Source: Ranitomeya imitator
Lineage: Eukaryota
Assembly (NCBI RefSeq): GCF_032444005.1
Contig: NC_091282.1
Coordinates: forward strand, 332,258,001-332,322,000
Direction of reading: 5' to 3'
DNA: 64,000 nucleotides
Below, one piece after another: positions 31,295 through 44,789 of this stretch (positions within the stretch are counted from its first letter, which is position 1; every line of letters starts with the position of its first letter). The position numbers and the translations under genes were made by a program. The notes under the pieces are model-generated. The model was not told where the DNA came from. It searched no databases and was given only the letters and a program-made list of their open reading frames with translations.

Positions 31295-33091
31295 TAAAAA
31301 AAGTACACAATATGTAGCTAAAGAAGCTCCCATTTTAGGCTCCATTTTATCTCCTAGCCTTTTTATCAAAGACACAAAACAACAATCAGACACTTGGCTT
31401 GCTCTAAAAGGTTTTTACAATTACGACCACTCCAAGTGTGTCTCATGTGAACACGTCCAGAAATCCACAAGTTTTTCCTCATATATTATCGGTCAGAGTT
31501 TTAATATAAAAACTTTATAAACTTTAATAACACTGGAGATATCTATTTAATTGAATGTAAATGTCAAATCCAATATGTGGGTTGTACAATTGCACCCTTG
31601 AAAAAATGCATCAGAAGGCACATGTCAGATGCGGTAAATCAGACAACCATTAATATCTCTGCGGTTTTCAGGCATTTTCTGCACACAAAGATTTGCAGTT
31701 ATAGAAAGGGCCTATAGACCAACTCGGGGTGGTTACTTGAAAGGGAAAATCATAAGCAAAGAATCATTTTTGTTCTTCAAGTTAAACACAAGAACCCCAC
31801 TAGGACTAAATGTGAAACAGGATCTTATCCTTCAATATATATAATTGATTGTGCGTTGCTTTTCTCTGTTCATAATTTTTAACAGTTTTACATGTATTTG
31901 TTTCAGCAGGTGAACTAATTATATGCATTTTTTTTCTCCATTGGCTGATGAACAACATGTGGCTAACAGCCAGTAGTATTTAATGGTGGTTCACCAGCAG
32001 CTATCATGACCATAAGTTAGGCTCTCTAGCTGCGTAGATTTATTATGTAATATGAGGTTGCCATAATCTTTTAACGTTTCAATAAATGTGAAGTTTTATA
32101 CTTGCCTTGCTTCATCGCAGGAGAAATCTTCTTTTTCATGTGCTTTTTAAAAAACCCTGCATACTGATCCCTTTATATTCTTTGCAATATTCAAATAAAC
32201 TGTATGTATAATTCTATGAGAAAAATTTAGCCTGGTTAAGAGATATGTTTCTTAGTTTGCTTACAGTGTAAACGTAAATCCCTCGTCTACAGAATTCATC
32301 TGCACTTTAGCTCATGGAATGCAACCACTCCCATGTCAATCGAGTTATCTGACAGTTACTGTAAAAACAGGTTTACATAGTGTGAGTTACATGGGTGTAG
32401 ACTACCTATGGCACCGACTTCTAAAAATATGGAACACAGGTAAGCAGAGTCAGCAGTCCTGAAAATTAAAAAAAAGATATTCATAATAAACAGGCGTGCA
32501 ACACATAGGTAACAACAAAGATTTGTTTTTATTTGTTTGAAAATACATATACCATTTAGAATATATTCTTAGTCTGCCTCTCTGAGCAACAGTATAGAGA
32601 GATTTACATAAAAAAAATAAAATGTGAATAAAATCATATAAATAGCGTTCACCGTTGTTGAGTTGTGGAAATACAGCATTACATATATACCATTAAACAT
32701 AACACTTTTCATATGTGTGCTACAGTTTTTAATATTCATTACATTGTGGCATGGTAAATACCACACTTGCAGAATCTTTATTGTTAAAAATATGTTTTTT
32801 TGTAAAAAGTTGACTACAGATGATTACATTATTATATCACTCAAACATGTTCTATACAGTATACTCGTATAAATGGTAAAACCAAATGAATGGATGTGAC
32901 TGCTGCAGCCAAGCACTGGCCTCAGTAATCACGCTTGTCTTTCAGGTTGAAAACAATCTATATATTTTCCTATTATCAGACATTTCAGGCGGGAGTGAGG
33001 CTTACGGATCTTTAAATTAGATGATCTTTGGGGTTAAAAATACAACTAATCAGCCATATGTTTGCCAATCGATAGTCAATTAACAGCATTA

Positions 33092-33263
33092 GGGCTCATT
33101 CAGGCGTCCATGAAACTCGGTCTGAGCACGGACTGACTGTGGATCTGCTGAAGTGAACTCAACAGCCATATGAGGCTGTCGAGTCTGGGTCACGAGACCC
33201 ATGTCCAGTCCGTGGATTGTGGTCCATGCTTGGACTGAGTTTCATGTAAGTCTGAGTGAGTCC
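33092..33263. mobile_element. Short degenerate Harbinger-type MITE
   Basis: TTA|GGGCTCATTCAG ... TCTGAGTGAGTCC imperfect TIRs. Confidence 0.5.
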
Positions 33264-33269
33264 TCCTTA

Positions 33270-35886
33270 GGCCGGCGTCACACTTGCGAGTTTTACGGAC
33301 GTAAGAGCGCAGAAACTACGTCCGTAAAACTCGCAAAACATACGGCACAATTATTCTCTATGCCCCTGCTCCTATCTGCCGTATTTTACGGATCCGTATT
33401 ATACGGCTTTCTACGGCCGTAGAAAATCGCAGCATGCTGCGTTTGTCACCGTACTGTGCAAGAAATACGCCAATGAAAGTCTATGGAAGCCTGAAAATAC
33501 GGATCACACACGGACCAGCAGTGTGACTTGCGAGAAATACGCAGCGGTGTTAGCGAGAAAAGCCGGTAATTCATTGCGGTGTACAGTAAAATCACACTGA
33601 CAGCTTCCAGTAGAATAGGTAGAATAAATGTGTACACATAGAATAGGTATATATATATATATATGTCAGCGAGACACACACATATATATATATATATTAA
33701 TATTTCTTCAAGCGCTAGACAGCTTTAAAGCCGGTAATTCAATTACCTTTTGCTCTCTCCTTTCTAAACCCGACATGATAGGTGACATGGTTTACATGCA
33801 GTAAACCATGTCTTCTCCCCCTTTTTTTTGCATATTCCACACTACTAATGTTAGTAGTGTGTATATGCAAAATTTGGCCGTTCCATCTACTAAATTAAAG
33901 GGTTAAATGGCGGAAAAAATTGGCGTGGGCTCCCGCGCAATTTTCTCCGCCAAAGTAGTAAAGCCAGTGACTGAGGGCAGATATTAATAGCCTGGAGAGG
34001 GTCCACGGTTATTGGCCCCCCCCTGGCTAAAAACATCTGCCCCCAGCCACCCTAGAAAAGGCACATCTGGAAGATGCGCCTATTCTGGCACTTGGCCACT
34101 CTCTTCCCATTCCCGTGTAGCCGTGGGATATGGGGTAATGAAGGGTTAATGCCACCTTGCTATTGTAAGGTGACATTAAGCCAAATTAATAATGGAGAGG
34201 CGTCAATTATGACACCTATCCATTATTAATCCAATACTAGGAAAGGGTAAAAAAAACACAAACACATTAAAAATTATTTTAATGAAATAAAAACAAAGGT
34301 TGTTGTAATATTTTATTGAACGCCCATTCCAATCACTGAAGACCCTCGTTCTGTAAAAAAAAAAACAAAAAAACAACAATATCCTTACCTTCCGCAGATC
34401 TGTAAAGTCCAACGATGTAAATCCATCTGAAGGGGTTAAAATATTTTGCAGCCACGAGCTGTGCTAATGCATTGATGCTCGTGGCTGCAAAATCCCGGGG
34501 AATGAAGGTAAAGTAGGTCAATGACCTATATTTACCTGCATTTGCGGTGAGGCGCCCTCTGCTGGTTGTTCCTAGATCGTGGGAACTTTCCTAGAAAGCT
34601 CCCAGGCTCGAGTTCATAAGAGGCACCCTCTGCTGGTTGTCCTCATATGAACTCGAGCCTGGGAGCTTTCTAGGAAAGTTCCCACGATCTAGGAACAACC
34701 AGCAGAGGGCGCCTCACCGCAAATGAAGGTAAATATAGGTAATTGACCTACTTTACCTTCATTCCCTGGGGTTTTGCAGCCACGAACAACATTGCATTAG
34801 CAAAGCTCGTGGCTGCAAAATATTTTAACCCCTTCAGATGGATTTACATCGTTGGACTTTACAGATCTACGGAAGGTAAGGATATTGTTGGTTTATTATG
34901 TTTTTTTTGTTACAGAACGAGGGTCTTCAGTGATTGGATTGGGCGTTCAATAAAATATTACAACAACCTTTGTTTTTATTTCATTAAAATAATTTTTAAT
35001 AATGTGTTTGTGTATTTTTTTAACCATTTCCTAGTATTGGATTAATAATGGATAGGAGTCATAATTGACGCCTCTCCATTATTAATTTGGCTTAATGTCA
35101 CCTTACAATAGCAAGGTGGCATTAACCCTTCATTACCCCATATCCCACCGCTACACGGGAATGGGAAGAGAGTGGCCAAGTGCCAGAATAGGCGCATCTT
35201 CCAGATGTGCCTTTTCTGGGGTGGCTGGGGGCAGGTGTTTTTAGCCAGGGGGGGGGGGGCCAATAACCGTGGACCCTCTCCAGGCTATTAATATCTGCCC
35301 TCAGTCACTGGCTTTACTACTCTGGCGCAGAAAATTGCGCGGGAGCCCACGCCAAATTTTTCTGCCATTTAACCCTTTAATTTAGTAGATAGAACGGACA
35401 AATTTTGCATATACACACTACTAACATTAGTAGTGTGGAATATGCAAAAAAAATGGAGAGAAGACATGGTTTACTGTATGTAAACCATGTCTCATATCAT
35501 GTCAGGTTTAGGAAGGAGAGCAAAAACCGGCAATTGAATTACCGGCTTTAAACCTATCTAGCGCTGTTTGAAGTTAAAATATATATACATATATGTGTCT
35601 AATGACATATATATATATATATATATATATATAGGCAGTATATAGATATATATATATTTTTTTAACACATGGATCCCTTGTATTGCCGTATGTCGGATTT
35701 GCAAGCCTGCGAGAAAAACACGCAGTACGGATGCCATACGGATTACATACGGAGGATGCCATGCGCAAAATACGCTGACACACCCTGCCTACGGAGGAGC
35801 TACGGACCACTATTTTGGGGACTTTTCAGCGTATTACGGCCGTAATATACGGACTGTATTGTTTTACGCTGTGTGTGACGCCGGCC
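33270..35886. mobile_element. Large foldback Harbinger-type non-autonomous element (2617 bp)
   Basis: TIR GGCCGGCGTCACAC, flanked by TTA and TAA. Internal inverted arms ~33650-34620 and ~34655-35600, each next to a (TA)n tract. Confidence 0.85.
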
Positions 35887-37915
35887 TAACAATGCACACA
35901 GAACAATCAGTAATACATCTTAACAGATCTTTCTGTGTGAAAGGTGGTCGACGTTCATTAACAACATTGCGTATTTATAAAGGACGATGCACTGCAAAGA
36001 ACTTAATTTTTAAGCCAGCCAAAAGATAATTTCACCTGAGGAACAAGCATTATGCTGTTAGTTGTGTGATTGGCAGCCTGCTTACACTGCACAATTATCG
36101 GTAACAAGATCTCTGAGGAATGCTCATTTCAGATAATCATGTAGTGTAAAAGCAACCAAACTGTAGTGTTCTTCAAAAGGATTATTAATAGGAACTTAAG
36201 AAAAATATTTCAAATTATAAGAATTTGCAAAAATATGTGTACTCATTACCTGCTCGTCTTATATTCTACATTTTAGGAAGCTATAGATTTTAGTTTAGTT
36301 CATCTTTCAAAGATGACCTCTCAGCTCTTCTGACTTATTTTTCTAAATATTAAATAGAAAAATAAATAAAAACAAAAATGAAACTTATAATACTTTAACA
36401 TTAAATAAACAAGTAATCTGGAGCATGTTTTCTTTCAACCCTGCATTGTACTTACTGTTCCTTAGTTACTTCTGGAAATCTATGTCCCTTTGGCGATAGG
36501 GAGTCTCCCAACATACTGTCGGCACTGATTGGACTGTGTCACATTGTGAAGGAGCATGCTCCATTCATAAGGGTACCTGTTAATACCAATTGCTGAAGGG
36601 GTTGTCTTGCTTTCTTCATTTAAGAGCTCACTGCACCTCGGCCTCACAGCTCATTACCTGCCAGGAGTTAGTGAGCTCCTGAAGTTTGCCATTCCAGACG
36701 GTGGCATAACAGTGCCGCTGGCCTGAATTTTGGGCTCTTCGATGTGGCAAATACAACTTTGCCTCTTTAGCATTAAAGGAGCGTGACGGGACTGATGCTC
36801 ATCGGATTCAGTGATTTAGCCAGCTTCAGAGCAGTTCACAAGCTCTAAAGCAAAGACTGCAATTTTATGCTCTTAGCCTATGAGACCAGACATCTGTGCA
36901 ATGTATCAGTCTATCCAACCTAGGCAGCAAGTACTAAACCATAAAATTACAAATCCTTCCATTTTTGTGAACAGAGGTGATTATTAATAAGAGGTAAATT
37001 GTAGAAATGCTTGCAATTTGCAATTTTAACCAAATGGCAAAATTTGGCCGCAAATTGAAAAATGTTGAGGCTAAGCTACATTACACATTCAGTGAAATAA
37101 AATAAGGTTTGGGCTATACGCCCCTAGCCAGCTCCCCGACTGCCACAGGTGCACAGAACTCCATTAGGACTTGACGTAGATCAGCAGGGATACAAAGGCA
37201 ATTGTTTCAGCTCCAGTTTTAAGGAGGTGGAACAACTGCCTTGGAATTCCATTACACATTCAGTGCCTATGAAATTCAATGCTTCCAGATTAATTTATTC
37301 ATAAATATGGAATAAAAGGATAGTGCAATGTAAATTTCAAAGAAAAGATGCTCAAGAATTGTAATATTATAGGGAATACAGCCATTTTTTAATAGAGATA
37401 TGACAGTACTGCCCACAACTCCTCTGTAAATGCAAGATATCTGTTTATACAAATTAATAAGAACTCCTAATTGAAAACTGTAGCTTTCATTAATGACTAC
37501 TTATAATTGACAATTAAAATGATTGACTAGATAAAAATAGATATGTTCATATATAAAGCTGCCAAAATTTCTGAAACATATCTGCCATACTCTAGGAAGT
37601 CCTGGTGTAACTAGTATGACATATACATCAAGAAACAAATGCTCATTTGGGAAGGATAAATGTGCACATCTTGATAAAAGTGTCTAAAATAAGACATATG
37701 ACTAAGGATAGGAGAAAATTTGAGGAGGACCTTTCAACAGTTTGAGCATATTAAACTGGCTACATCATAAAATAGTGGTTGTAGAACAGAGTAATTTTTC
37801 CCCTCTCCATTGCAGAGATATTAACTTGTAAAGTTTGTTACAACTCTAATAAGCCAGACTGGGCATTGCCCGAGATTAGCAACACAGAGGAAAAAAATGC
37901 ACCCACAATATCTTA

Positions 37916-38636
37916 GGCTACGTTCACATTAGCGTCTTTGGGCGCAGCGTCGTCGACGCAACCCAAAACGCATGTCAAACCGCATACACAACGCAGCGTT
38001 TTTTGACGCATGCGTTGTCCTAAAATTTTATTATTCTTGACACAATTGAAGATAAAAAACGCCCAAAAAAGTGTCTAGACACTATAAGGAGAAAGACCCC
38101 CAATGGGATAGAAGAGGGTGGGTGTAATGGAATTTGTGTATATATACCCTTGCAGAGATGAATTCCTCCCATTTTGCTTGCGTTTCCAGCATCAAGATGG
38201 AGTGTCCCATGGAGAGTATCTACATGAATATGGAGTTGGATCTTGCCTTGACTAATGCTTATGCTCTTGTCACTGTCTAGACACTTCATCACTTGTTTTT
38301 TTACTCAAAAGGTGCATGCGTCGAACAACGCGGGTCAACGCAGGCACCTGCGCCCTATGCGTTTTGCATAGACACTAATTTGTTTTTTTGGTGCATTTAC
38401 GACGCAAGTGCGTTGCATGCGTCGTTTACCGGAAATTTGTCGCAGGAAAAATGCAACATGTAGCGTCGGCCGCGCCCTGTCTGGTGCGCCCAAAATGACG
38501 CATGCGTCGTACAACGTTTGACAACGCATACCGGCGCATGTCCATGCGCCCCCCCATGTTAAAGATAGGGAGCATGACGCATGCGTCGGTATCCGTCGAG
38601 GACGCTGCGCCCAAAGATGCTAATGTGAACGTAGCC
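37916..38636. mobile_element. PIF/Harbinger-type MITE (721 bp)
   Basis: TTA TSD on both sides; TIR GGCTACGTTCACATTAGC; ACGC/GCGT-rich subterminal repeats. Confidence 0.88.
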
Positions 38637-38972
38637 TTAGAACAGGTTTGCTCCTGTGTGAAATATCTCCAGTCTGCTTTCCTCACTAATCTCACTGCAA
38701 AGCTGTGGGTGATTACAAAGTGCCTGGTGTAGAACAGTGATGAGTGTAATTACAAACACCTTTCAGGTTTCAGCTCATGGAAGTCAGTGTGATTGAGAAT
38801 ACATGAGAGCACTATGAAAGGAGAGCTACAGAGGTGTTTATAATGAGGCAAAGCTCTGTTCTGCCGTACTGCCCCTTCCACAACACTATAGAAAATTAAG
38901 AATTCGGCATTCCTAATTCAGATGCAAAAAAAAAAAATAGAAATAATTTTATTGCTATGGGTACATCCACTG

Positions 38973-39009
38973 TTTGACGTTTCGGCCAACAATAGGCCTT
39001 CATCAGAAA
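38973..39009 (-). ncRNA. Minimal type I hammerhead ribozyme motif (Penelope-associated class)
   Basis: Minus strand: TTT-CTGATGA-A-GGCC-TATTGTT-GGCC-GAAA-C-GTC-AAA, with AATAAA ~20 nt downstream. Core intact; 4-bp stem II, 3-bp stem I, palindromic ACGT in place of stem III. Confidence 0.7.
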
Positions 39010-39412
39010 TTCTCTTTAGCTCTTGAGGATGAAAAGGTCAGGTGCACCTGAGCAGAAAAGACATGGAGAAACCGAATAGAGCACTGGAATTTTCTATATT
39101 ATTGGAGCAGCATCATATTTGTGCACCCCTGAATATTGGAGTGCTGCGCAGCCCCATTTTGTACGTCCTTCCCCAACACTGTCAGGTAAGATAAAAATTG
39201 AAGAAGTGTTAGTACTCAAACTTATCTCAACTCTTCTCACAACCTTGGCAATCAGACACAGCTCTGCAATGAGTTCAGAGACATCAGACTGTCATTACAT
39301 GTCTCACACAGGAGAAAGCCTCTTCTAACCTATTGAGGATGCGTGTTCTTTTTTTCCACTGTAAATTACTGCCTGCTTATGACTGGTCAATGTCATACAG
39401 GGGAAAAAAATA

Positions 39413-40547
39413 CCGTATTTTTCAGACCATAAGACGCACTTTTTTTCCTCCAAATTTGGGAGGAAATGTGGGGTGTGTCTTATGATACGGATTTAATATG
39501 TGGAGAGGGGGCAGCATCGAGATCGCACTGGGATCCCACACGTAGGAAGCAGGAAAATGTCCCCGCTGCAGGAATCCGGCGCTGGGGAAACCATGTGGTC
39601 CCGATACTTAAAGTGAGGTGAATATTCCTTAGCGGCTTCCCCGGCCACCTGTCAGCGCCGAGCAGTAAGCAGTAAATAAATATTCCTTCACTTAAACAGC
39701 GGACCCACATGGCTTCCCCAGCGCTGGATTCCTGCAGCAGCTGGGGATATAGTGTGTCCAATGGAGGAGGGGGCAGGGTGCCAGAGGAGGGATCGCTGCA
39801 TACTTGACAGCGCAGCACTGGCCAGGCTGTGCTGGATGCTGAGTGCTTCCTGCTCTGGCATAGGACCTGTGTGAGGTCATGAAGAGGGAGGGCTGGAGCA
39901 TCACATGACAGAACAGAGCCCCCCTCTTCATGTCGTCATCACAGGTCCTTCAGACATAGCACTAGAATCTGCAAGCTTCCTGTTATGACCTGTGGAGAGG
40001 CAACAAGAGGGAGGGCTCCGTGCGATCATGGGATGCTCCAGCTCTTTACCTCACCACACTGACTGGTTGCAGGACCTGCACAGCCTGAACAACTAAGAAT
40101 TCATTAAAAGGATAGTCACTATAACACACAAAAAAGCACTCCACCACTCCTGTGGTGAACTATAACTTCCAGCATGTCATATCATCTGCAGGACATGCTG
40201 GGAGTTATAATTCTCCCATGGGATCTTAAAGCAGCACTCCAGTGTTATTTCTCAGTGCTGGAGTGGTGCTTTAAATATAAGCCCTGTGCCCAGATACTCA
40301 CCCTCCAGCGTCTTCATATAGTACTTTATAGACACCACACTGGTCCTGCAGCACCGTCTTCTACCCGTAGCTTCCAACATAATAATATACTATTATATAT
40401 AATAACACCACATATAGTAGTATGTTATTTATGTTATTAAATATTTTACCACATTTTTTTGCTTCAAATATTTTTTGCCTTATTTTCCACCTCTAAAACC
40501 TAGGTGCATCTTATAGTCCGATGCGTCTTATAGTCCAAAAAATACGG
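39413..40547. mobile_element. Tc2/pogo-type MITE (1135 bp)
   Basis: TA|CCGTATTTTTCAGACCATAAGACGCA ... TGCGTCTTATAGTCCAAAAAATACGG|TA. Confidence 0.88.
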
Positions 40548-40553
40548 TATATA

Positions 40554-42133
40554 CAGGTCCTTCTCAAAAAATTAGCATATAGTGTTACATTTCATTATTT
40601 ACCATAATGTAATGATTACAATTAAACTTTCATATATTATAGATTCATTATGCACCAACTGAAATTTGTCAGGTCTTTTATTGTTTTAATACTGATGATT
40701 TTGGCATACAACTCCTGATAACCCAAAAAACCTGTCTCAATAAATTAGCATATTTCACCCATCCAATCAAATAAAAGTGTTTTTTAATAACAAACAAAAA
40801 AACCAACAAATAATAATGTTCAGTTATGCACTCAATACTTGGTCGGGAATCCTTTGGCAGAAATGACTGCTTCAATGCGGCGTGGCATGGAGGCAATCAG
40901 CCTGTGACACTGCTGAGATGTTATGGAGGCCCAGGATGCTTCAATAGCGGCCTTAAGCTCATCCAGAGTGTTGGGTCTTGCGTCTCTCAACTTTCTCTTC
41001 ACAATATCCCACAGATTCTCTATGGGGTTCAGGTCAGGAGAGTTGGCAGGCCAATTGAGCACAGTAATACCATGGTCAGTAAACCATTTACCAGTGGTTT
41101 TGGCACTGTGAGCAGGTGTCAGGTCGTGCTGAAAAATGAAATCTTCATCTCCATAAAGCATTTCAGCCGATGGAAGCATGAAGTGCTCCAAAATCTCCTG
41201 ATAGCTAGCTGCATTGACCCAGCCCTTGATGAAACACAGTGGACCAACACCAGCAGCTGACATGGCACCCCACACCATCACTGACTGTGGGTACTTGACA
41301 CTGGACTTCAGGCATTTTGGCATTTCCTTCTCCCCAGTCTTCCTCCAGACTCTGGCTCCTTGATTTCCGAATAACATGCAAAATTTGCTTTCATCAGAAA
41401 AAAGTACTTGGGACCACTTGGCAACAGTCCAGTGCTGCTTCTCTGTAGCTCAAAAGTGGCTTTACCTGGGGAATGCGGCACCTGTAGCCCATTTCCTGCA
41501 CACGCCTGTGCACGGTGGCTCTGGATGTTTCCACACCAGACTCAGTCCACTGCTTCCTCAGGTTCCCCAAGGTCTGGAATCGGTCCTTCTCCACAATCTT
41601 CCTCAGGGTCCGGTCTCCTCTTCTCGTTGTACAGCGTTTTCTGCCACATTGTTTCCTTCCAACAGACTTACCATTGAGGTGCCTTGATACAGCACTCTGG
41701 GAACAGCCTATTTGTTGAGAAATTTCTTTCTGGGTCTTACCCTCTTGCTTGAGGGTGTCAATGATGGCCTTCTTGACATCTGTCAGGTCGCTAGTCTTAC
41801 CCATGATGGGGGTTTTGAGTAATGAACCAGGCAGGGAGTTTATAAAAGCCTCAGGTATCTTTTGCATGTGTTTAGAGTTAATTAGTTGATTCAGAAGATT
41901 AGAGTAATAGGTCGTTTAGAGAACCTTTTCTTGATATGCTAATTTATTGAGACAGGTTTTTTGGGTTATCAGGAGTTGTATGCCAAAATCATCAGTATTA
42001 AAACAATAAAAGACCTGACAAATTTCAGTTGGTGGATAATGAATCTATAATATATGAAAGTTTAATTGTAATCATTACATTATGGTAAATAATGAAATTT
42101 AACACTATATGCTAATTTTTTGAGAAGGACCTG
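40554..42133 (-). mobile_element. Tc1-family DNA transposon (1580 bp)
   Basis: TA|CAGGTCCTTCTCAAAAAATTAGCATA ... TATGCTAATTTTTTGAGAAGGACCTG|TA; long TIRs. Confidence 0.97.
40832..41804 (-). pseudogene. Tc1 DD34E transposase with internal frameshifting lesion near 41450
   Basis: MGKTSDLTDVKKAIIDTL... N-terminal HTH region and FQHDLTPAH-x-SPDLNPIENLW (D34E) lie in different frames. Confidence 0.92.
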
Positions 42134-43844
42134 TACACCCAGAGAAAAATCTAAAGTAACGCCTACTTTGGCTTATAAATTATAATCTATACTTTTGCAA
42201 GCTAATATCTCTAATGACATATTAAAATATAAAAACTATGTTTTAGTCAGTTCTGCTGCAATTATTCCACAATGTGGCCAGTTTAACATGCTCAAACTGG
42301 AGAAAAGGTCCTCTTTAAATATAAACCATGCAGAATAATTTTCTTGTATTACACATTTATACTTACAAGTAATGAAAAAAACTCAATAAGGGAACGCATT
42401 TCCATATGAGTTCGTTCAGGTTCTTATAATGTACTCTAAAAGCATCACACTTTAAAAAACATAATCATTACCACTTTGAAATGTTTCACAATTAATGCCA
42501 AGTATGCAGTATTTATTTTGTTGCACCTTGTTAAAACTCATGCTGAGGTATCATTAGGCCTTTAGAGTTAAATTGTTAGGTAGCTATACTCGATGTATGT
42601 TACTTTTAGTACACAGGCAAAGAAAGTGATACAGTGACCTTTCATGGTGACTTGCCTATAAAATGTGTATCATTTATGTGTTAAAGAAATTTCTCATATA
42701 CAGTAGCAAGTAATTTAGAGATATTTAATATTAGTCATGCAACTAATACATTTTTTAAAGGAGATGTCAGAGTTTTTTTTTCTTTAGATAAAAATATAGT
42801 CTTCTTCCGGAAAGAACTGCACTCTTTTCCATAGATTGTATTTGATGCTGCAATTCACTTGAATGGAGTTTAGCTGCAACACCAGACAAAGTGTGATTAG
42901 TCACTATAACATTTTTTTTTTTAGAAGAAAAGAAGACCCCATAATGGTTTCAGATGTGTAAGTATCCACTAGCACTGGACACAATGCTGCTACCTACAAT
43001 ACAAATGTGAGAGATTTCATTCCTCTAAAATGTAATTCCAGAATCTTAATTGTGCGTATGTTCACACAGAGATTTTTGAGGCAGTCAAAATAGTGAGCCT
43101 TCTACTGGAAACTGCTTTAGGAAACTCTCCCTTCTGAGGAATTTTTTCATTTCCGGAAGCATTTATGCATTTTTTTTCATAAAATGTATTTCTTTTTTGC
43201 AGCCTTTTGTTTGGACAGTGTCTATTTTGGATCATTTGCCATCACCCCCTGCATTAAAGTAAACTAGGAAAATGTACCAAGATAGAAAAAAAATATTATT
43301 GACAAGGGAATGATGCTAACCATGACAGTACTGCAATTGCTGTCATGATCCAATCATGGCCTCATGCTATGTGGGAAGGGTGCATTCTGGCTTCTCGTAG
43401 GGAAGCAAACAGGCAGTGATACCATGGAAAGACCAGAAGTATTGATACATTTCATCTGTACAAGTTATTTTGCACAACTTTATGTTAGAAACAATACTTG
43501 GACAAGGATCTATTGATAGGCAGAAGGCTGAAACCATACAGATAGAATGAAAAAAAAATTCAAGAATCAACATCCCCTAAGCAAATAAAATAAATTTTAG
43601 GGCCACAAAAACAGAATAGATTTATATTGGCTAAACCAGCCGATATCGACAGGTTCAGACATCTGTCAAAAGTGTACGCGGGCACTGGCCAACTGATGGT
43701 CAGAAGAGGTGTTGATCGTGCATGTCTGATTTTGAACTGCTGGTCGTTTTGTTCTCCTGAGATAAGACACTGGCCGACATATCAGTTTGCGGCTTTCTCT
43801 TAGAAAACACAGGAGTGCTCGGCCCAGCCTGCACTTTTGTTTAA

Positions 43845-44201
43845 GGGTATGTGCACACTTTCAGGTTTTTTCACATTTTTTCATGATAAAAACGCTATAA
43901 AAACTCATTAAAAACGCATACATTATGCATCCTATCATTTAGAATGCATTCTGCATGTTTTGTGCACATGATGCGTTTTTTCCATGAAAAAAACGCATCG
44001 CGGTAAAAAAGCAGCATGTTCATTAATTTTGCGGATTTTCTGTGTTTTTCCCGCTATTTTATGCATTTTGGAAAAAACGCACCAAAAACGCGTAAAAAAC
44101 GCACGAAAAAACGCGAAAAAAACTAATGCGGATTTCTGGCAGAAATGTCCGGTTTTTGTCAGGAAAATTTCTGCAAGAAATCCTGACATGTGCACATACC
44201 C
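43845..44201. mobile_element. PIF/Harbinger-type MITE (357 bp)
   Basis: TAA TSD on both sides; TIR GGGTATGTGCACA. Confidence 0.88.
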
Positions 44202-44789
44202 TAACAGAACTGAGTCAGCCAAGCTATCGGCCGAAACATTGTTTACACAGTTCAATAGAAAAAAATTGACGGCACCGCTCTGCGAGAGAATCCTATGTCA
44301 CAAGTGTTATGAGCAAATGCAGGCTGTACTTTGGGATTCCGGTGCTCCTCCAGAATAAACATCATAATAAATATCATGGAAAAAAGAAGATGGATAGCAC
44401 TCACCGATCCTTATCAAAATTCCGTACTCTATTCAAACGATTAAATCATGGCCAGGAGAGTGGGTCTAGGAGTGTGCGAGCAAGTGGGAAAAACCCAATG
44501 TGGCTAAACAAAGAAAGGGGCAATTAACAGTAAAAAGAAAGCATTTAAACTACTAAAGCAGGATGGAACCGTTGAAGCTCTAAAAAACTATAGGGAGAAA
44601 AATACTTTACCTAAAAAAACTAATTAAAGCTAACAAAAAGGAAAGAGAAGCACATTGCTACGGAGAGAAACTAATGACAAACTGTTCTTCAACTATATCA
44701 ATAGTAAAAGAATCATAAGTGAAAGTGTAGTCCCCTTAAAAAATTGTGAGGAAAGAATGGTTGTAGATTACGAGGAAAAAGCTAATATA

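Larger units (their letters stand above)
29950..32076 (+). mobile_element. Penelope-like element fragment, copy 2 (GIY-YIG region plus 3' UTR), interrupted by MITE 30041-31294
   Basis: APILGSILSPSLF...TWLALKGFYN...CVSCEHV...SFNIKT, then IYLIECKCQIQYVGCTIAPLKK (GIY-YIG equivalents). Collinear with copy 1. Left boundary approximate. Confidence 0.8.

Noticed and set aside
31923-31950. CTGATGA as a possible hammerhead core in the Penelope 3' UTR
   Set aside because: No stem II or downstream GAAA...UH.
36640-37300. Several exon-like open frames on both strands
   Set aside because: Conflicting strands, weak splice sites, internal stops and no recognisable homology.
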